Shown: positions 1 to 11,119 of the stretch, piece by piece
Position numbering within the stretch: position 1 is the stretch's first letter
Layout of the letters: each line of letters opens with the position of its first letter
NCBI GenBank assembly: GCA_964500675.1
Contig: CAZCNY010000007.1
Coordinates: 152,456-216,455 of the forward strand
Length of the DNA stretch: 64,000 nt
Origin: an uncultured Verrucomicrobiaceae bacterium
Lineage (GTDB): Bacteria > Pseudomonadota > Gammaproteobacteria > Pseudomonadales > CAMLJR01
Reading direction: 5' to 3'
Position numbers and translations under genes: made by a program
The notes under the pieces: model-generated
What the model was told of the DNA's origin: nothing
Databases searched by the model: none
The model's input: the letters and a program-made list of their open reading frames with translations, nothing else

Positions 1-3000
1 TCACGGTAATGGCGATCGCCAGCGCTGCGTTGGCCGTGTGAATTTGTGAACCAGCAATTTCGCCGCGAAGGCGTTCGGCAAACGCGTGAGCACCCCGCAT
101 ATCGGTACCCGGCAGCAGGACCGCGAACTCTTCGCCGCCTAAACGCCCGAACACATCGATGTTGCGCAAGTTGCGGCGCACGAGCTCTGCAAAACTCTGC
201 AGCACCGCATCGCCAGTCGCGTGGCCGTAGGTATCGTTGATATGTTTGAAGTGATCGATATCGAGCATCAATAAAGCGGTAGCTTCCCCGAAACGTTTGA
301 CGCGAGCGAATTCCAGTTCGAGTTTGTAAAGGAAAAGCCGGCGATTGGCCGCACCCGTCAGCGGGTCCGTCGTGGCTAAGCGCTTCAATTCCTGCTCCAT
401 CGCTTTGCGCTCGGTGATGTCCATCGCGGTTCCCGACATGCGCAATGCTTTGCCTTCCATGTTGCGTTCGACGACCATTCCACGAAATGAAATCCACACC
501 CAATGGCCATCTTTATGGCGCATGCGCAGTTCTGCTTCGAAAGATGGTGTTTCCGCGTCGAGATGACGTTTCAATGAACTGCTCGCGATCAGCGCGTCGT
601 CGGGATTTATCAGCGCTCTGAACTCGTTGCGATTGGTCGGCATTTCCTCCAGTGTATAGCCGAGTAATTTCACCCAACCGTCGCCAAAAATATAGCGATC
701 ATTCTGCAGGTCCCGATCGAGCCATGCCAGTTCCGCGCCCTGCAATGCAAAGGTCAAGCGTTCGCGCGTGATTGCCAGTGCTTTCTCCGTGGCTTTGCGC
801 TCCGAGATATCTCTGAATACCCAGAGCGTGTCGGCTTCCGAGAGTTTTCCAAATTGAATGGCTTGTCCCGAAATATGCAGATCGATGTCGCTGCCATCCT
901 TGCGTTGCAGCGTGGAGTCTTTGGAGAAGCGCTGGCCCCGAGCGAGCACCGGATAGGCTGCGCGCCCCAACTCTTCATACGCTTCTTGCGACGAATAAAA
1001 TATCCGCGTGTCGACATGATCCATTTCTTTCAATGTATAACCGAACAATTCCGCCATGCCCTGATTGGCCCAAATCTGCACGCGGTCTTTCACCAGCGCG
1101 ACGCCGACGTTGGCGTTTTCAAGAATGGCCGCAAGCAACTCTTTTTGTTCACGCAACTCGATTTCGGCCCGCTTGCGCTCGGTAATATCTTCGACGATGG
1201 ACCAGATATATTCTTGCCCGTCGCTGCCGGTAATTAAAATTCCATTCAGCTCCAGCGGAATACGGCGACCATCCTTACGCACGTATTCCTTTTCAAACGG
1301 GCCGTAATGGCCTTGAGTGCGCAACAATTCCAATTGCTGCTGCTCATCCGCGCTATATTCGCTCGGCGTGAGAGTCCAATAATCCAACTGCTTGATCTCA
1401 TCGCTGCTGTAACCGCAAATATGTTTGAACGCATCGTTGAATTCGATGAAATGTCCCTGCATGTCGGCCAGCGCAATACCCAGCGGAGACAAGCTGTAAA
1501 GGCCGCGCAATTTCGCCTCGCTTTCGCGCAAAATGCCGAGATATATTTCGTTTTTCTTGCTCGCGCGCGCAAGGTCTTCGGTGCGTGCGATGACGTTCGC
1601 TTCGACGCGTGCGGTATAACCGGTGCCGAGCAACAGCAATGCGCCGATTAAACCCGTACCGAAAAAGCCGACGGCGGCGACAGTCCAGCTTTGCCAACCG
1701 CGATGCTGTGACAGATAGAGCGCACTGGGTTGTGTTTGCAAAAGGTATTCGCGCCCGCCGTATCGCAATGTCTGTGCGTAGGTTCCGGCATGGGAGCTCG
1801 CATCGAGCTGACCATAGATTTGCTCGTGCGCGGCGATATCCGTCAACGCAACCGAAAATAAAGAGCGCTCGTCCGGCAGCACGTTATCCATAAAATCGCT
1901 GACTCGGAGCGCCATTGCGACGAGGCCTGGATGATCGGCATCCATGGGCAAATTGACGGGCAAAAACAGAGTGATATTGCGTTGAGCCGATCGTGTTTGA
2001 ATCAGCGGCAAGGGTCCCGATGCGACGGTGGAGTTATTTTTCAGCGCGCGCACTATCGCGAAACGGCGCTCGGCATTGGAGCCCAAATCGAACCCTATCA
2101 ATTTACGATTTGGCGCGAACGGCTCGACATAGACGACCGGGTAATAGTCCGGGTGCTCGCCTGCCGTCATCAGATCGAGCTCTGCATTTTGCTCGGTGAT
2201 GCGGTAAGCGAAATGGTCTCGCTGCTGCGCTTCAAATAGGTTGCGTTCGTTTCGCGCGACATGGGGTGCCCAAACGACAGCCTGCACCATCGGAAAGCGC
2301 GTTAACGATTGGTTGACGAAACGTTGAAAGTTTTCGCGAGTGATGGACGCGCCGGGTAAATTCAGCAGGTGTACCCGAATTTCTTCCAGCAGAAACTCCT
2401 GCTCCTCAAAGCGCGTTTGCACGAGATCCGCCATGCGCTGCGATCGGGCGTGAAACTCGACGAGCGACTCCTCGTTTTCCCACCGACTCGTTCGCACAAA
2501 CACCGTGGCGACCGTTAGCAGTGCCAGCAGCATCGGCACGACAATGATGATCACACGTCCGCGCCACGCCGATCGCGGCCTGCTTGCCAGGGCCAGCACA
2601 ATCGGCGTCATGACGGCGGCGCCGAGCGTATCGCCGATCCACCAGGTAAACCAGGTGACCGCGAAGCCGGATGCATTCACGGTGCCGATTAACGTAAGGC
2701 CGCTGACCGAAATCGTCGCGCTGATCAGACACGTTAACGGTGCGATCAGCAGCAGCAAGACGACATCGCGGACCTGATCGAAAGCCGATTGACGGCTCAC
2801 CGCGTAGCGAAGGCTGGTACCGCCGGCTGCGGCTTGCAGTGTTGACGCCGTCGCGATAAGCCATGCAGCAATGACGCTGCTCGCGGAAATCGTGTGACTG
2901 AAGGCGTACCCGGCCCAGAGATTGAGCAGGAGCGAGCCGAGAAATATCCAGGGCAGTGTGGCGCGCCCGGCGATGAACGCAGCAGCCATGGCGATGCCGG

Positions 3001-3139
3001 CGGGAGGGAAAATAGCCGATGCGTAGCCGGGCGGTAGCGCCAGCATTAAACCCAGTTTACCGGCCAGCACATAGGCCAGACACAATAGGCTTCCAGACTG
3101 CCACGCAATACCGGTATCGAGCGAGGAATGCGGTTTCAA
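1..3139 (-). CDS. Diguanylate cyclase, MASE1-CHASE-PAS-PAS-PAS-GGDEF; 3' end runs off the window edge
   Basis: Translated by hand on the minus strand (missing from the ORF track because there is no stop in the window). Frame is consistent from TTG at 3139 to base 2. N-terminal LALPPGYASAIFPPAG and TWWIGDTLG (MASE1); YYPVVYVEP..LIGFDL (CHASE); three PAS/PAC blocks ending EDITERK, RDISERK, MDITERK; TDPLTGAANRR, LDIDHFKHINDTYGHATGD, RNID I-site and GRLGGEEF. Start codon uncertain. Confidence 0.92.
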   Translation of the reverse strand, partial: MKPHSSLDTGIAWQSGSLLCLAYVLAGKLGLMLALPPGYASAIFPPAGIAMAAAFIAGRATLPWIFLGSLLLNLWAGYAFSHTISASSVIAAWLIATASTLQAAAGGTSLRYAVSRQSAFDQVRDVVLLLLIAPLTCLISATISVSGLTLIGTVNASGFAVTWFTWWIGDTLGAAVMTPIVLALASRPRSAWRGRVIIIVVPMLLALLTVATVFVRTSRWENEESLVEFHARSQRMADLVQTRFEEQEFLLEEIRVHLLNLPGASITRENFQRFVNQSLTRFPMVQAVVWAPHVARNERNLFEAQQRDHFAYRITEQNAELDLMTAGEHPDYYPVVYVEPFAPNRKLIGFDLGSNAERRFAIVRALKNNSTVASGPLPLIQTRSAQRNITLFLPVNLPMDADHPGLVAMALRVSDFMDNVLPDERSLFSVALTDIAAHEQIYGQLDASSHAGTYAQTLRYGGREYLLQTQPSALYLSQHRGWQSWTVAAVGFFGTGLIGALLLLGTGYTARVEANVIARTEDLARASKKNEIYLGILRESEAKLRGLYSLSPLGIALADMQGHFIEFNDAFKHICGYSSDEIKQLDYWTLTPSEYSADEQQQLELLRTQGHYGPFEKEYVRKDGRRIPLELNGILITGSDGQEYIWSIVEDITERKRAEIELREQKELLAAILENANVGVALVKDRVQIWANQGMAELFGYTLKEMDHVDTRIFYSSQEAYEELGRAAYPVLARGQRFSKDSTLQRKDGSDIDLHISGQAIQFGKLSEADTLWVFRDISERKATEKALAITRERLTFALQGAELAWLDRDLQNDRYIFGDGWVKLLGYTLEEMPTNRNEFRALINPDDALIASSSLKRHLDAETPSFEAELRMRHKDGHWVWISFRGMVVERNMEGKALRMSGTAMDITERKAMEQELKRLATTDPLTGAANRRLFLYKLELEFARVKRFGEATALLMLDIDHFKHINDTYGHATGDAVLQSFAELVRRNLRNIDVFGRLGGEEFAVLLPGTDMRGAHAFAERLRGEIAGSQIHTANAALAIAITV

Positions 3140-3216
3140 GGACGCGGCACACAGTTGGAGCTAGGTAGGAATTTTCAAAGTGTAGCTCGTCGCGCCTGCC
3201 TTATAGGCGATCGAAA

Positions 3217-4500
3217 TCAATTTATAGGCATTTTTTGGGAGGGCGCGGTGTAGCCATCGGTGAGCGTTTTCAAAAACGCCACGACGTCCGCGATCTGGTT
3301 GTCATCCCACACGGGCTTGTCGCCGATTTTGCGGTTGAGCGGTACATCTATCGTATCGATGTTGCCACGATATTCTTCCGGCAAATCGTTGAATTTATCC
3401 ACTTCGCCGTTGCGTTTGCGCGGGTACCATTTGTACGGATGCGTATCGCGTTGCACGTAGAAGCGCAGCGCATCTTTCAATGTATGAAAATACCCGTTGT
3501 GAAAAAACACGCCACGCTGCGCGACATTGCGCAATGTCGGCGTTTTGAACAGACCACAATAATTCGCCTGCGATTGATCGCGGCGCAGCGGGCCACAAAG
3601 GCCCATGTCGTAATAAGCGGGATCGGCATTCGCGGCTAATGCGGGGTTGCGCGGCACACCCAGCGCCTCGAATTGAAAATTGGTGAACAGCGGATGGCTG
3701 CCGTCTGCGCCTAATCGACTGGAGTGACAAAATGCGCAGTTGCCGCTGTTGGGATCGTTGAATAATTTTAAGCCGCGCATTTCCCGTGCGCTGAGTTGTG
3801 CTTTGCCATCGAGATACGCATCGTATTTGCTCGTATACGGATGAAAACTTGCATCGTCGAGTTCGAAATACTCGATTGCTTGCGCGGCTTGCGCAAAAGC
3901 TAATTTAGTCTCGGCAAAAATATTTTCGCCAAAGATGCGGCGAAATTCCCCGGCATAAGCGGCGCGTGCAATTTTTGCGACCACGGCAGCGGGGGTGGGG
4001 TTGGCCATTTCATTCGGATCGAGCCACGGAATGGCGGCTTGATCGCGCAGCGCATCGACGCGACCGTCCCATGTAAAACCGCCGAACGGCGGATGCGCTT
4101 CGCTGTTCTGTTCCTGCGGTTTAGCGGCTTGCTCGCGGAACCAGCGCGGCGTTCGATTCAGCGCATACATCAACGTGGGTACCGCGCGCTTTCCGGATTG
4201 TTTGAGATCGGCGCCGCCGAATTGAACGGGCAAATGATTGGGCGGGCCGTAGGCGTGCTCTGGGCTGTGGCAGCTGGCGCAGGACATGCGGCCCGATGCG
4301 GAGAGCGACGCATCGAAAAACATTTTTTTGCCGAGCGCGGCCATCGCGCGCCTGGATAATGTATTTGCAGTCTTTGCGGTGAGAGGGATTTGCGTAGCAG
4401 CGATCGCACTGTTACCGCACGTCATTAATTGCAATGTTGTCGCTACTATTCCGCCACAAATCAGCAGATTTTTGCCGGCACAAATCCACCGATTTTTCAT
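3217..4500 (-). CDS. Secreted diheme cytochrome c peroxidase family protein (MauG/BthA-like)
   Basis: Two CxxCH motifs (CASCH, CAFCH), FTWDGR, GLCGPLRRD, FKTPTLRNVA, VFFHNG and an N-terminal signal-like segment. Confidence 0.9.
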   Translation of the reverse strand: MKNRWICAGKNLLICGGIVATTLQLMTCGNSAIAATQIPLTAKTANTLSRRAMAALGKKMFFDASLSASGRMSCASCHSPEHAYGPPNHLPVQFGGADLKQSGKRAVPTLMYALNRTPRWFREQAAKPQEQNSEAHPPFGGFTWDGRVDALRDQAAIPWLDPNEMANPTPAAVVAKIARAAYAGEFRRIFGENIFAETKLAFAQAAQAIEYFELDDASFHPYTSKYDAYLDGKAQLSAREMRGLKLFNDPNSGNCAFCHSSRLGADGSHPLFTNFQFEALGVPRNPALAANADPAYYDMGLCGPLRRDQSQANYCGLFKTPTLRNVAQRGVFFHNGYFHTLKDALRFYVQRDTHPYKWYPRKRNGEVDKFNDLPEEYRGNIDTIDVPLNRKIGDKPVWDDNQIADVVAFLKTLTDGYTAPSQKMPIN

Positions 4501-4613
4501 GTCGTGCTTTTTGCCGAAAAGCGATGCGATTTAAAAGTTCCCCCTCTCGATTTCGAGAGAGAATGCTGCGAGATGATGTCAAATCGCAGCGACATTATAA
4601 GTTGGTGAATACA

Positions 4614-5813
4614 TCATAAATTGGTGAACACGTCCTCGCCAAAACCGACCAAGCCATCCTGCCCCGCATAGCCGAGATGACCGTTGGTGCCAAAAATATC
4701 TTCGAGGCTTTTTAACAGCGAATAATGGTTGTACGGCGTGTTGGTGACCGTGCCCGGTTTGATGAACGGCGATAGCAGCACGGCACCGGTGTTATCGCCG
4801 CCGATGCCATCGATTTGCAATGCGCCGAAAATGGTTCCTGGGCGCGTGACATTGGGTCCGACCTGCTCGCCGCAGCAATGGTCTCCAGGGAATATCGCTT
4901 TGCCGTTGGATATTGTGTAATTGCCCTCGTCAAAATTGATAATCAGCAAGCCGTCTTTTTTATAGGCGGGCGACGCCATGATGAGAGGCACCCATTTTTG
5001 CAAAAACGCATCCGCCGAAACCAAACCGCCGGGATCGCCGTTGGCGCAATGCGTGTCGTGGCCGTCGTTGCAAAGATTGGGCGTGATGAACGTAAAATTC
5101 GCTGTGGTATCGATCGACTGCAAATCTTGTTGCAACGCATTTAGATTGACGACGTGCGTTGCGCAATCGGGCGAATCGATGATCGAGTGAAAATACATAA
5201 AGGGATTGTGCCGGGTCGCATATTGATCGCCGAGCGGTACGGCTGCACTCGGTGCTTCCGCGCCTTGCGTATTGTCGGCGGCATTCAGCGCGGGATGACC
5301 GCAGGTCGACGCCTCGCGCGCGGGATCATTGCCCATATCCTCCATGTAACCTTTCCAGCTCAGACCGATTTCCTTCAGCTGGTCGGGCAGCGTTTTTATG
5401 CTGGCGGGATACACGCAACCGGTGCCGATGGCCTGACCATCGGGAGTCATGCCGTTGAGCTGAAAATCTTGATACGTAAAACAATCGGTGCCCGTTTCGT
5501 TGGTCGCGGCCTGACCGCTCAGCATCGCAATGTAATTATCCAAGCTGACGTGTCCGGTGCCGTAATATTCGCGCAGCAGCGCGCCTTGGCCCGTTAGCGT
5601 TTGCGCGAGATAAGGTGCCGACGAATTCGTGCCGAAGGTATCCGCGTAACTCTTGTTTTCCAGCGTAATGACAAACACGTGTTTGATGGCGTTGTGCTGT
5701 TTTTGCGCGGTGTTGAGTTTGGTGCTGTGTGCGCCGCATGCGGCCAGAAAGATGCCGAGCGCAAGCGACAAAATTATCGCGCCGGTGGTTCGCAATGCAA
5801 TAATTTTTGACAT
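4614..5813 (-). CDS. Phosphoesterase (AcpA/PLC acid phosphatase superfamily), predicted lipoprotein
   Basis: IKHVFVITLENKSY, GHVSLDNY, RHNPF, NDGHD, YNHYSLL; lipobox IFLAAC; start set at MSKII after CAGGAG. Confidence 0.88.
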   Translation of the reverse strand: MSKIIALRTTGAIILSLALGIFLAACGAHSTKLNTAQKQHNAIKHVFVITLENKSYADTFGTNSSAPYLAQTLTGQGALLREYYGTGHVSLDNYIAMLSGQAATNETGTDCFTYQDFQLNGMTPDGQAIGTGCVYPASIKTLPDQLKEIGLSWKGYMEDMGNDPAREASTCGHPALNAADNTQGAEAPSAAVPLGDQYATRHNPFMYFHSIIDSPDCATHVVNLNALQQDLQSIDTTANFTFITPNLCNDGHDTHCANGDPGGLVSADAFLQKWVPLIMASPAYKKDGLLIINFDEGNYTISNGKAIFPGDHCCGEQVGPNVTRPGTIFGALQIDGIGGDNTGAVLLSPFIKPGTVTNTPYNHYSLLKSLEDIFGTNGHLGYAGQDGLVGFGEDVFTNL

Positions 5814-5934
5814 GAAATAACTCCTGCAACTGTTTTTAGTTGTTGTCGATTTATTCACAGTGAATGCCCCATGCTACCTGAAGCTTGTGGCTGAATTATT
5901 CACAACGCGGCATAGCTCGCACGCGTCGACACTA

Positions 5935-6855
5935 CTACAATGTAGCAGGCGGCGCAAGCCGGGTCGCCGGTATTCGTCCGTGGGTTTCGCAGGTTACGAT
6001 CGCTGCCGTTGCGCGCAACCGTTCGGCGTAGCGTTCGATTTCCGCAACGCTCAAATTGTTGGGGATTCCGCTTAAAGCGAGTTCCAGCGCGACGGCGCCG
6101 GTAGGTGAGAAAACGGGCACCGAGATATAACTAATTCCCGCGCTGCCAGCATCCGCGATATTGAATAACTGGATCTCCGGTACAGACAAAGCGGCAATCA
6201 GTTCATGCAACCGCGACCAGTAAGCATCATCGCGCCGATGATCGATAGGATATGTCGCAGTCTGACGCAACGCGCGCAGAGCATCGCCATTCGCGGCGAT
6301 GGCATATCCGCGCTCGCGGATGACAGCCAATATTTTCTGCAAATAATTGCGCATTGAATCGCTCAGGGTTAATTTTGCTTTATCGAGGTAGGATGCGATC
6401 GTGTGTTTATCCGCCCATGCGATATGCCCCAGCCCCAGTGGCGGTATGAACGGACGCCGCTCGCCAACCCGATTCAATCCATCGTGCGTTTGCGGAACGC
6501 CCTCTTTCGCCAGAAACAGCAGCTCGTCGTCGACAATAGCGGTAGCGATGCACTGCGCTTTCAACTCATCGGTCAAGCGCGCCATTTCGCGGCGTGCGAT
6601 GTCGATGCCGCGATGTTTTTCGAGCGCGGCGTGACCGATCGCTACCAGCGCCACACCCAGCGAATAGGTTTTGTGCTTCGGATGGCGCGAGAGATAGCGC
6701 GCCTCAGTCAATGTGGTTAGAACGCGATGTGCGGAGCCGCTGCTGAGTTCCAGATGCTCGGCCAGCTCCGATAGCGTGAACGCTTCGGTGGGGTGGGCCG
6801 CGAGAAAGTTGATCACGTCGATCACGCGGCTATTGGGTCCAAAAACTTCGCTCAA
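5935..6855 (-). CDS. IclR-family transcriptional regulator
   Basis: N-terminal HTH (TLSELAEHLELSSGSAHRVLTTLTEARYL..YSLG) and effector domain with RERGYA and SVPVFSPTG; TTG start at 6855 inferred. Confidence 0.88.
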   Translation of the reverse strand: MSEVFGPNSRVIDVINFLAAHPTEAFTLSELAEHLELSSGSAHRVLTTLTEARYLSRHPKHKTYSLGVALVAIGHAALEKHRGIDIARREMARLTDELKAQCIATAIVDDELLFLAKEGVPQTHDGLNRVGERRPFIPPLGLGHIAWADKHTIASYLDKAKLTLSDSMRNYLQKILAVIRERGYAIAANGDALRALRQTATYPIDHRRDDAYWSRLHELIAALSVPEIQLFNIADAGSAGISYISVPVFSPTGAVALELALSGIPNNLSVAEIERYAERLRATAAIVTCETHGRIPATRLAPPATL

Positions 6856-6878
6856 AAATAACGCTCCCGCCACGTTGA

Positions 6879-6934
6879 GAAAACAGGGTCTTGAAAACAG
6901 TGCCTCGAAAACGAGGTCGTGAAAACAGGGCTGT
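6879..6934. repeat. Four tandem imperfect 14-bp direct repeats with a GAAAAC core
   Basis: gaaaacagggtctt / gaaaacagtgcctc / gaaaacgaggtcgt / gaaaacagggctgt, immediately followed by TTGACA at 6934-6939. Confidence 0.85.
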
Positions 6935-6983
6935 TGACATCGGGTCAGATTCAACCGATTATTTCCAATATTAAAACATATTT

Positions 6984-6997
6984 TTCCATATATGGAA
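6984..6997. promoter_or_regulatory. Perfect 14-bp palindrome, candidate IclR operator
   Basis: ttccatatatggaa, 7 bp upstream of the sulfotransferase ATG in the AT-rich divergent region. Confidence 0.55.
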
Positions 6998-7004
6998 TTT
7001 TAAA

Positions 7005-8150
7005 ATGCAAACCAAGAATCTGATCGCTGCTGCACAAGAACTGACAGGTCTCACCAATCTCGGCGATGAAAGCATCCTGGACGCGTTAAATCGTTTGGTC
7101 GATGCGCTGAATGGCGAAGCGAAACTCAATGCCCGCGGCGAGAAGAGCGTCGAAGCCAATTTGGTGAGCACGCTCGCCAACCGGCTGCGCGTGGAAGATT
7201 ACTTGGCGAAGCACCCGGAACTGCTGGAGCGCCCAATTGAAAAGCCGATGTTTGTTTTCGGTTTGCCGCGCACGGGCACCACGCTCGTTATCAACCTGCT
7301 GAATGCCGATCCCGCCCGCCGTTCTTTCTTGCGCTGGGAGGCGTTCGATTCGGTACCGCCGCCGCAACCCAGCGAACTGCATGCGGGACCGCGCTACGAG
7401 AAAGCGCAGGCGCAGATCGACATGTCATTGAAATACGCGCCGCATATCTCGGCGATTCATCACGAGGATGCCGATTCGCCGACCGAATGCCAGTTCGCGA
7501 TGTCGCCGTCGTTCTGCGCTCAATACTACGATTCGATGTATCACATGCCGAGCTACCACCAATGGCTCCTCCACGAAGCGGATTATCTGCCCGCCTTTCG
7601 CTACCACAAACGCTTGCTGCAACTGTTGCAGGCGGAAACAGGCGGTCGTTGGACGCTTAAAAATCCGTGGCATCCGCTGTTTCTCAATGCGTTGACCACT
7701 GTCTATCCCGATGCGCAACTGGTCATGACGCACCGCGATCCGGTCGATGTGGTCGGCTCGGCGTGCAGCCTGCTCAAAGCCGTGCGTCCGATGTTCAGCG
7801 ATGGCGTGGATTTAACCGACATCGGCAAAAATATGCTCGACACCTTCGACAAAATGATCGAGCGCGTCATCGCCTATAAGGAAAAACACGGCTGGGATTC
7901 GATTTACGATGTGCAATATGCGGAAGTGATGCGCGATCCGATCGGCGCAATTAAAAAAATCTACAAACACTTCGACGAGCCTTTCACCGCGGAAGCGGAG
8001 GCGGCGATGCATGCCTTCATGCAGAGCAATCCGCAAGGTAAACACGGCCGCCACACGTACGCACTCGAAGACTATGGGTTGAGCAAAGAACAGGTGCGCG
8101 CGCGCTATAAGGACTATTGCGAGCGCTTCAAGATTCCAGTCAAAGCCTAA
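7005..8150 (+). CDS. Sulfotransferase family protein
   Basis: 5'-PSB loop FGLPRTGTT, WTLKNPWH, THRDPVDVVGS, YAEVMRDP. Confidence 0.9.
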   Translation: MQTKNLIAAAQELTGLTNLGDESILDALNRLVDALNGEAKLNARGEKSVEANLVSTLANRLRVEDYLAKHPELLERPIEKPMFVFGLPRTGTTLVINLLNADPARRSFLRWEAFDSVPPPQPSELHAGPRYEKAQAQIDMSLKYAPHISAIHHEDADSPTECQFAMSPSFCAQYYDSMYHMPSYHQWLLHEADYLPAFRYHKRLLQLLQAETGGRWTLKNPWHPLFLNALTTVYPDAQLVMTHRDPVDVVGSACSLLKAVRPMFSDGVDLTDIGKNMLDTFDKMIERVIAYKEKHGWDSIYDVQYAEVMRDPIGAIKKIYKHFDEPFTAEAEAAMHAFMQSNPQGKHGRHTYALEDYGLSKEQVRARYKDYCERFKIPVKA

Positions 8151-8187
8151 GCGGATAATTGACGATCGCTGTGATGCTTTGTTAGCA

Positions 8188-8211
8188 GCAGCCGCAAGGA
8201 TAGGCGGCTGC
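8188..8211. terminator. GC-rich hairpin between convergent genes
   Basis: gcagccgc-8 nt loop-gcggctgc; no clear U tract. Confidence 0.35.
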
Positions 8212-8247
8212 GCATCGACGCGCGAAATTAAATTGAGTCATCGCTCA

Positions 8248-8514
8248 TCATTTCACATTTTCCGATTTGAGCTTTGCTTCGCGCTCGTCATTTTCGATTC
8301 TTAGTTTTCGGGTCTCCTCTTCTGCGCGGTTTCTTTTCGCTTCCAGCGCGTCGCTGACTTTTTCAATGACGCTGTATACACCCACAACCGCAAGAAAAAT
8401 CACCAGTCCGATACCGAGAAAATAAAAGTTGCCCCTGCCGCCTTTATCGGCGGCTTCTTGTGCGGCCGCCAAGAGAGGGTATGCAAACACGATAAGAGCC
8501 AATAGCCGTTTCAT
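8248..8514 (-). CDS. Small hypothetical membrane protein (signal-like N-terminus, one TM helix, charged coiled tail)
   Basis: 88-aa ORF with GGAG upstream; MKRLLALIVFAYPLLAAA, then FYFLGIGLVIFLAVVGVY. Confidence 0.6.
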   Translation of the reverse strand: MKRLLALIVFAYPLLAAAQEAADKGGRGNFYFLGIGLVIFLAVVGVYSVIEKVSDALEAKRNRAEEETRKLRIENDEREAKLKSENVK

Positions 8515-8913
8515 ATTTCAACGCTCCGTTTGTCATCGAAGAGGGTGCCGCTGCGGCATGAATATATACATAACCCGCAAATTATCATACCGATAACTCT
8601 TCATTTTGATGTATGTCATGCAATCCATGCTCCGGCGCGCTACTTTTGCGTGCGCAGGCGATTCCGGTTTAAATGACCCGATATTGACGACCGGCTTAAT
8701 TCGTTGATTATTCGAGGATTGGAAGGTCTGCGTAATAATGCGAGTTGGGCGAGTCTAGGGTTTGTATGAGGCGGTGGCTCGATACTTACGACGTAGATGC
8801 CGCGAATAATACTATTTCGATGCGAATTTTTTATTGTAAAAGCTTTGTTTGTTTCTACAAGGTTCATGCACAAGCACTTACTTGTTCGATCGAAAGGTTG
8901 TACTAACATCTAA

Positions 8914-9441
<528 letters not shown>

Positions 9442-9921
9442 CCGAATATGTTAGGTTCCGAACTAACGAGTTAGCTATGGTTGTGAATTAAATCAAAAGT
9501 GTGGCATTTTGATCTCGCTGGCGAATGCCGCGATAATTACTGCCGCTCCGCGCTCTCCGCAGATATTGACCATGACGTACGTAAGTATTTATCCCTACCT
9601 TCATCTCTAAAATAGTTGATTCTTTTCAGTCTTTCGGTAGATCTCTGCGCACTAATAATGCTTTATAACTAAGCGCCCGTTTTTATATTTCAAACTTTTC
9701 TCTTTGTGTTGATCGCAATCATTGGTACGCGCAAATATCTACTTGTTAGATAAAACTGTTGTACTACCCTCAAAGGCGTGATTTTTTTTAAAGCTCAGAT
9801 GTCGACTTTCTAGCGGCCTCCAATGGCGAGGCTTGCATTTGTTTTGCGATCGCCGCCCAAGATTGGCAGCATCGCTATATTCTGGAAAAAGTAATCGGCC
9901 GGTACAGGAGTTATTAACCGA

Positions 9922-11100
9922 ATGTCGACGAATATTATGTCTGCCATGTTGGCAATGGTGCTCGCCGCGTCCGGATTTGGCATAGGTTCCATACTTGGCT
10001 TTCCCGCCGTTGGGTTGGGTCTTGCATTCCTTCTCTATGCATTTGCGGTTCCTTTTTTTGCGAGGCGCGAGCTGCTGCGCAGTCGTCAGTTGCAATGCGT
10101 ACAGCACAACACGGAAATTGCCGCGATCGGCGAAGAGGCGCGCAAGTTCTTTGCACACTTTCAAAACTTGATCGGCACACAGAGCCGCGATATGCAGGGC
10201 GAGGCCGGGCGCGTGCAATCGTTGCTGGGCGATGCCATTAAGACGCTGGTCGAAAGCTTCACCGATCTGCACCGCTTGTTGCAGCACCAACAATCGATTG
10301 CAACCGATCTCACGCAAAATTATCGCAATGATCGCACCGGTGATGAAGGTACTTTTCAGGACTTTGTCACGCAAACCTCGAATACGTTGTCTTTATTTGT
10401 CGAAGCCACGATCGCGACCTCGCATTCGTCGGTGATGCTGGTCGAGCGCATGGACGAAATTCGCGACAAGGTCGACGCGATCCTCGCCATCATTGACGAA
10501 ATCAACGCCATCGCCGGCCAAACTAATTTACTTGCGCTCAACGCCGCGATCGAAGCGGCGCGCGCCGGCGAGGCTGGACGCGGATTTGCGGTGGTCGCCG
10601 ACGAGGTGCGTGCGTTGTCGAATCGTTCGAGCGGTTTTGCCGAAAATATTCGTCTGCTCGTCAACGATGTGCACGGTGCAGTGATCGGCGCTGAGGATGC
10701 GCTGCGTCAGCTTGCCGAGAGGGATATGTCGTTCGCACTGCATTCAAAAACGCAGATCGAGGAAATGATGACTTCGCTGCAATCGACCAATTCGCAAATC
10801 GTCGGCGTCGTCGATCAGATGGGTGATATTTCGTCGGAGGTCGGAGCCAGAGTCAACGCCGCGGTGCGCGCACTGCAATTTCAGGACATGAGTGACCAGT
10901 TGCTAAATCATTTGCAGAAGCGTCTGCGCAGCTGGCAGGAAATTTCCGATGCCGCCGCGGAAACACTTCCCGCCGGTGGCAGCAGCGATTGGGAGCAATT
11001 GCAAGAATCATTGCAGCGCTGTAACCAGCGTTTGGCACTGCTCGATCATGTGCCGGTGAAGCAGCGCGATGTCAGCGGTGGTGAGATCGAGCTTTTTTAA
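9922..11100 (+). CDS. Methyl-accepting chemotaxis protein, McpA/CttP-like (short hydrophobic N-terminus, no large sensor domain)
   Basis: [34 protein letters not shown] hairpin, LQFQDM, C-terminal GGEIELF. Confidence 0.92.
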   Translation: MSTNIMSAMLAMVLAASGFGIGSILGFPAVGLGLAFLLYAFAVPFFARRELLRSRQLQCVQHNTEIAAIGEEARKFFAHFQNLIGTQSRDMQGEAGRVQSLLGDAIKTLVESFTDLHRLLQHQQSIATDLTQNYRNDRTGDEGTFQDFVTQTSNTLSLFVEATIATSHSSVMLVERMDEIRDKVDAILAIIDEINAIAGQTNLLALNAAIEAARAGEAGRGFAVVADEVRALSNRSSGFAENIRLLVNDVHGAVIGAEDALRQLAERDMSFALHSKTQIEEMMTSLQSTNSQIVGVVDQMGDISSEVGARVNAAVRALQFQDMSDQLLNHLQKRLRSWQEISDAAAETLPAGGSSDWEQLQESLQRCNQRLALLDHVPVKQRDVSGGEIELF

Positions 11101-11119
11101 AATACGGGGAGGCGAAGAA

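Noticed and set aside
1-3139. Apparent coding gap or pseudogene, since the ORF track shows only short ORFs
   Set aside because: Manual minus-strand translation gives a consistent open frame; it was missed only because its stop lies outside the window.
8721-8738. ggaaggtctgcg, resembling an IS5 terminal repeat
   Set aside because: Partial match only, about 190 bp from the likely left end, with no partner repeat or target duplication.
8640-8909. 89-aa minus-strand ORF in AT-rich DNA
   Set aside because: No motif, no clear SD, and it abuts the IS scar; cannot be supported as a gene.
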